64,000 nt of DNA from Mobula hypostoma (Eukaryota): assembly GCF_963921235.1 (NCBI RefSeq), contig NC_086108.1, positions 115,508,001 through 115,572,000 on the forward strand, given 5' to 3'. Every line of letters starts with the position of its first letter. Position 1 is the first letter of the stretch. A model generated the notes under the pieces. It was given only the letters and a program-made list of their open reading frames with translations. It had not been told where the DNA came from and ran no database searches. This document shows, in pieces, positions 60,656-64,000 of this stretch. The translations under genes were made by a program, and so were the position numbers.

Positions 60656-60851
60656 ATTTTTCTAACTTACCCTTCCCACTTTGACTCTCTTCTCCCTGAA
60701 TTCCCTCTGCAGTTACTACTTGGCACCCAGCTGTTTTAAGCCCCCCCTGCCCCCCCCCCCAGGAACTCTAGCACAGTAGAGTTTTTACGGCGATATTTGT
60801 TTTGCACGGATAGGGCAATTTTGTCTGATCCCTGTCCAACAACAGTCCCAA

Positions 60852-61400
60852 AGACCATAAGATGACATTATAAGATTGAAGGTTATAGGAGCAGAATTAG
60901 GCCATTTGGCCCATCAAGTCTTGCTCCACCATTCCATCAGGGCTGATTTATTATCCCTCTCAACCCCATTCTCCTGTCTTTGCCCCGTAACCTTTGACAC
61001 TCTGACTAGCCAAGAACCTATCAACCTCTGCTTTAAATATACCCAGTGATTTGGCCTCCACAACCATCTGGGCCAATGAACTCCACACAGATTCACCACC
61101 CTCTGGCTAAAGAAATTCCTCCTCATCTCTGTTTTAAATGGACGTCCCCCTTTTGTGAGGCTGTACCCTCTGGTCAGAGACTCCCCCACCACAGGAAACT
61201 TCCTCTACACATCAACTCTATCTGTACCCTTCGATATTTGACAGGTTTCAATGAGATCCCCATCATTCTTCTAAGCTCCAGTGAGTACAGGCCCAGGGCC
61301 ATCAAACACTCCTCATATGTTAACCCTTTTGCTGCCAGAATCATTTTTGCGAACCTTCTCTGGACCCTCTCCAATGCCAGCACAACTTTCCTTCGGTAAG
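60852..61400 (-). mobile_element. CR1 3' region
   Basis: LALERVQRRF, FKTEMRRNFFSQRVVNL; tail. Confidence 0.85.
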
Positions 61401-61579
61401 GCTCCCTTATTGTTCAAAGTCTCCAAAGTCGCAGAAATCTGGTGGCCTGAGTGCAGCCACTGCTGTAGACAGACCTGCTGCAGGAACTCAACAGCACGGG
61501 GCCTATTTCCGTAACTGGATCAGTCAGTGATCCCATCTGCAGTGAGGTCAGGATAATGAGCTACGGTGACAGGCAGAGG

Positions 61580-62645
61580 AAGGGTGGGGATGGGCTGAGA
61601 GTGATGGGATGGGGTGACAGGGTGGGGGTGACGGGCTGGGGTGAGGGTGGGGGTGAGGGTGATAGGATGGGGGTGAGGGTGATGGGATGGGGTGACGGGG
61701 TGAGGGTGGGGGTGAGAGTGATGGGGTGGGGTGACAGGGTGAGGGTGGGGGTGATGGGATGGGGTGAGGGTCATGGGATGGGGATGAGATTGATGGGATG
61801 GGGTGACAGGGTGAGGGTGATGGGATGGGGTGAGGGCTATGGGATGGGGTGACAGGATGATGGGATGGGATGGGGTGACAGGGTGATGGGATGGGGTGAG
61901 GGTGATGGGATGGGGTGACAAGGTAACTGTGCGGGGATAGGGTGGGGTAATGGTGTTATAGGGGTGAGGGGGTGAGGGGGTGGAGGTAACACGATTCAGG
62001 GTGACATGGTGGGGGTGAGAGTGATGGGATGGGGGTGACAGGGTGATGGGATGGGTGACAGGGTAACTGTGCGGTGATAGGGTGGAGTAATGGTGTTTTA
62101 GGGGTGACAGGGTGGGGGTGATGGGATGGGGTGACAGGGTGAGGGTGGGGGTGATGAGATGGGGTGACAAGGTAACTGTGTAGTGATAGGGTGGGGTAAT
62201 GGTGTTATAGGGGTGAGGGGTGGAGGTAACACGATTCAGGGTGGGGGTGAGAGTGATGGGAGGGGGTGACAGGGTGAGAGTGATGGGATGGGGGTGACAG
62301 GGTGACGGGATGGGATGGGGGTGACAGGGTAACTGTGCGGTGATAGGGTGGAATAATGGTGTTTTAGGGGTGACAGGGTGAGGGTGGGGGTGATGGGATG
62401 GGGTGACAGGGTGGGAGTGACAAGGTAACTGTGTGGTGATAGGGTGGGGTAATGGTGTTATAGGGGTGAGGGGGTGGAGGTAACACGATTCAGGGTGACA
62501 GGGTGGGGGTAAGAGTGATGGGAGGGGGTGATAGGGTGAGAGTGATGGGATGGGGGTGACAGGGTAACTGTGTGGTGATAGGGTGGGGTAATGGTGTTTT
62601 AGGGGTGACAGGGTGGAGGTAACACGATTCAGGGTGACAGGGAGG
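61580..62645. repeat. G-rich compound minisatellite (ggggtgacagggtgagggtgggggtgatgggat) with higher-order blocks
   Basis: Recurring blocks ggtaactgtg..gatagggtggggtaatggtgtt and ggaggtaacacgattcagggtg. Confidence 0.9.
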
Positions 62646-63186
62646 AGTTAAGTGCTGTGGTATATTGACCATTCTCCTGAGTTGCTCCCTGTCCCAGTCC
62701 CATCTCCTTGATGGCTGGGGATGGGAGTGAGGGGTGAAGATGATAGGTAGGTGACAGTGTAGGTTGACGCTGTTCCTGTCTCTCAGTCCATCTCGCTGAT
62801 GCTGTCACTCCCTCCCTGCACAGGCAGTACTGCTGGGTGGGGATTGAGGGTGATGGGGTACAGCTTCACTCTTCATCTCACCTCCTCCCTGCACACAAAT
62901 TTCCAGTGCCCGGGAATCCGGGAGCTCACAGTGTAATATTGAAGGTGGGAAATAAACGGATTATCCGTGAGTTTATTGGTTTATTGCAACCTGGCGCGTC
63001 ACCATGGAAACAACACTGAGACACAGTGAAGACATAATGTGCCTCTAAATCGATCAGAGCGGATGAACATTGACGAGTCGAGGAGTTTGTTTACGAAAAG
63101 TGCTTCAGCTCAGGAGGCCTTTCGCTCCATCGGGCTGGGTTGGCCATTCGATACATTGGGCTTCTGCTGATGCGAACCCAGTTCTG

Positions 63187-63341
63187 TCAGGCTGCTGTTG
63201 GCCTATCGATCCACCAGGCCAGTCCTGTCCCTTCATTCCATCAGGCTGCTGCTTGCCCTTCGATCCATCAGCCTGGTGCTGGCCCTTCAATCCATCAACC
63301 TTGTGCTGGCCTTTCGATCCATTGGCCCAGTACTGCCCTTG
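63187..63341. repeat. Diverged 27-bp tandem repeat, ~5.7 copies
   Basis: Units start at 63187, 63214, 63241, 63268, 63295 and 63322. Confidence 0.85.
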
Positions 63342-63677
63342 AAAAGAGTCTGTCTTTAAGAACTCATTAAGCATGAGCACTTAACAGGCCATTCACCCCT
63401 GTGATCACACTTTTTGTATTTTAATGCTGGTCCCTGTGCTCCTGACGTTTTACCCGATCCGTAAACAACCACGTGAGTTGTGAGAGGGTCCTGTAGAGAC
63501 CAGTACAAACATCACCACATGCTCTGAGATACCCCAGAAATGAGCAGCCCAATAGAGAGGGAGATAGACTTCTCCGGGGCAGAAGCAGTCACTTGGGTAG
63601 GGACTACTCAGAATGGGGGAGACTGGATCTGGCCCTGGTTAACAGCAAGCAATGTGTGGCAGGAAAACACATCCTCA

Positions 63678-63810
63678 ACAGAAGAGATTCTGCAGATGCT
63701 GGAGATCCAGAACAACATACACAAAATGCTGGAGGAACTCAGCAGGTCAGGCAGCAGCTATGCAGAGGAATAGGGAGTCGATACTCCAAGCTGAGACCTT
63801 TCTCATTTGA
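63678..63810 (-). mobile_element. Solo Penelope terminal fragment
   Basis: ctgcagatgctgga...aaaatgctggaggaactcagcaggtcaggcagca...gagtcga..gagacc. Confidence 0.7.
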
Positions 63811-63814
63811 TGGC

Positions 63815-64000
63815 CCTGGACCTGTTCTCGTTGGGCTTTAGAAGAATGGGGGGGGGGGATCTCATCGAAACCTATTCAATATCAAAAGGCCTAAATAGAG
63901 TGGATGTGGAGAAGATACTTCCTATAGAGGGGGAAGTCTAGGACCAGAGGGCACAGACTCAGAATAGAGAGACATCCTTTAGAACAGAGATGAGGAGGAA
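63815..64000 (+). mobile_element. CR1 ORF2 C-terminal fragment running off the window
   Basis: tttagaagaat..ggatctcatcgaaacc..gtctaggaccagagggcacag..agaacagagatgaggaggaa. Confidence 0.8.

Overview
Repeat-dense vertebrate genomic DNA, most likely from a cartilaginous fish (inferred from HE1/V-SINE-like SINEs, CR1 LINEs with an esterase ORF1, and Rex1/Babar, RTE and Penelope elements). I found no convincing host protein-coding exon, rRNA, tRNA gene or CRISPR array, so the window looks intronic or intergenic. It holds many nested CR1 copies, including five 5'-truncated copies of one young family. It also holds an RTE LINE, Rex1/Babar fragments, a Penelope element with a 9-bp TSD, a near full-length Ty3/Gypsy LTR retrotransposon (43123-47497, 5-bp TSD), a Tc1-like remnant and several minisatellites. 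Main observations: (1) the Gypsy element has no tRNA primer-binding site. Instead, the 16 nt after the 5' LTR are complementary to the LTR's own poly(A)-signal region and close a long hairpin, which suggests self-priming and/or occlusion of the 5' poly(A) site. (2) An intact minimal hammerhead ribozyme lies in the Penelope terminus. (3) Some minisatellites appear to be amplified pieces of CR1 and L2 LINEs. (4) Several templated repair scars sit at element junctions. Family assignments come from motif recognition by eye, not from database searches, and boundaries of degraded elements are approximate.
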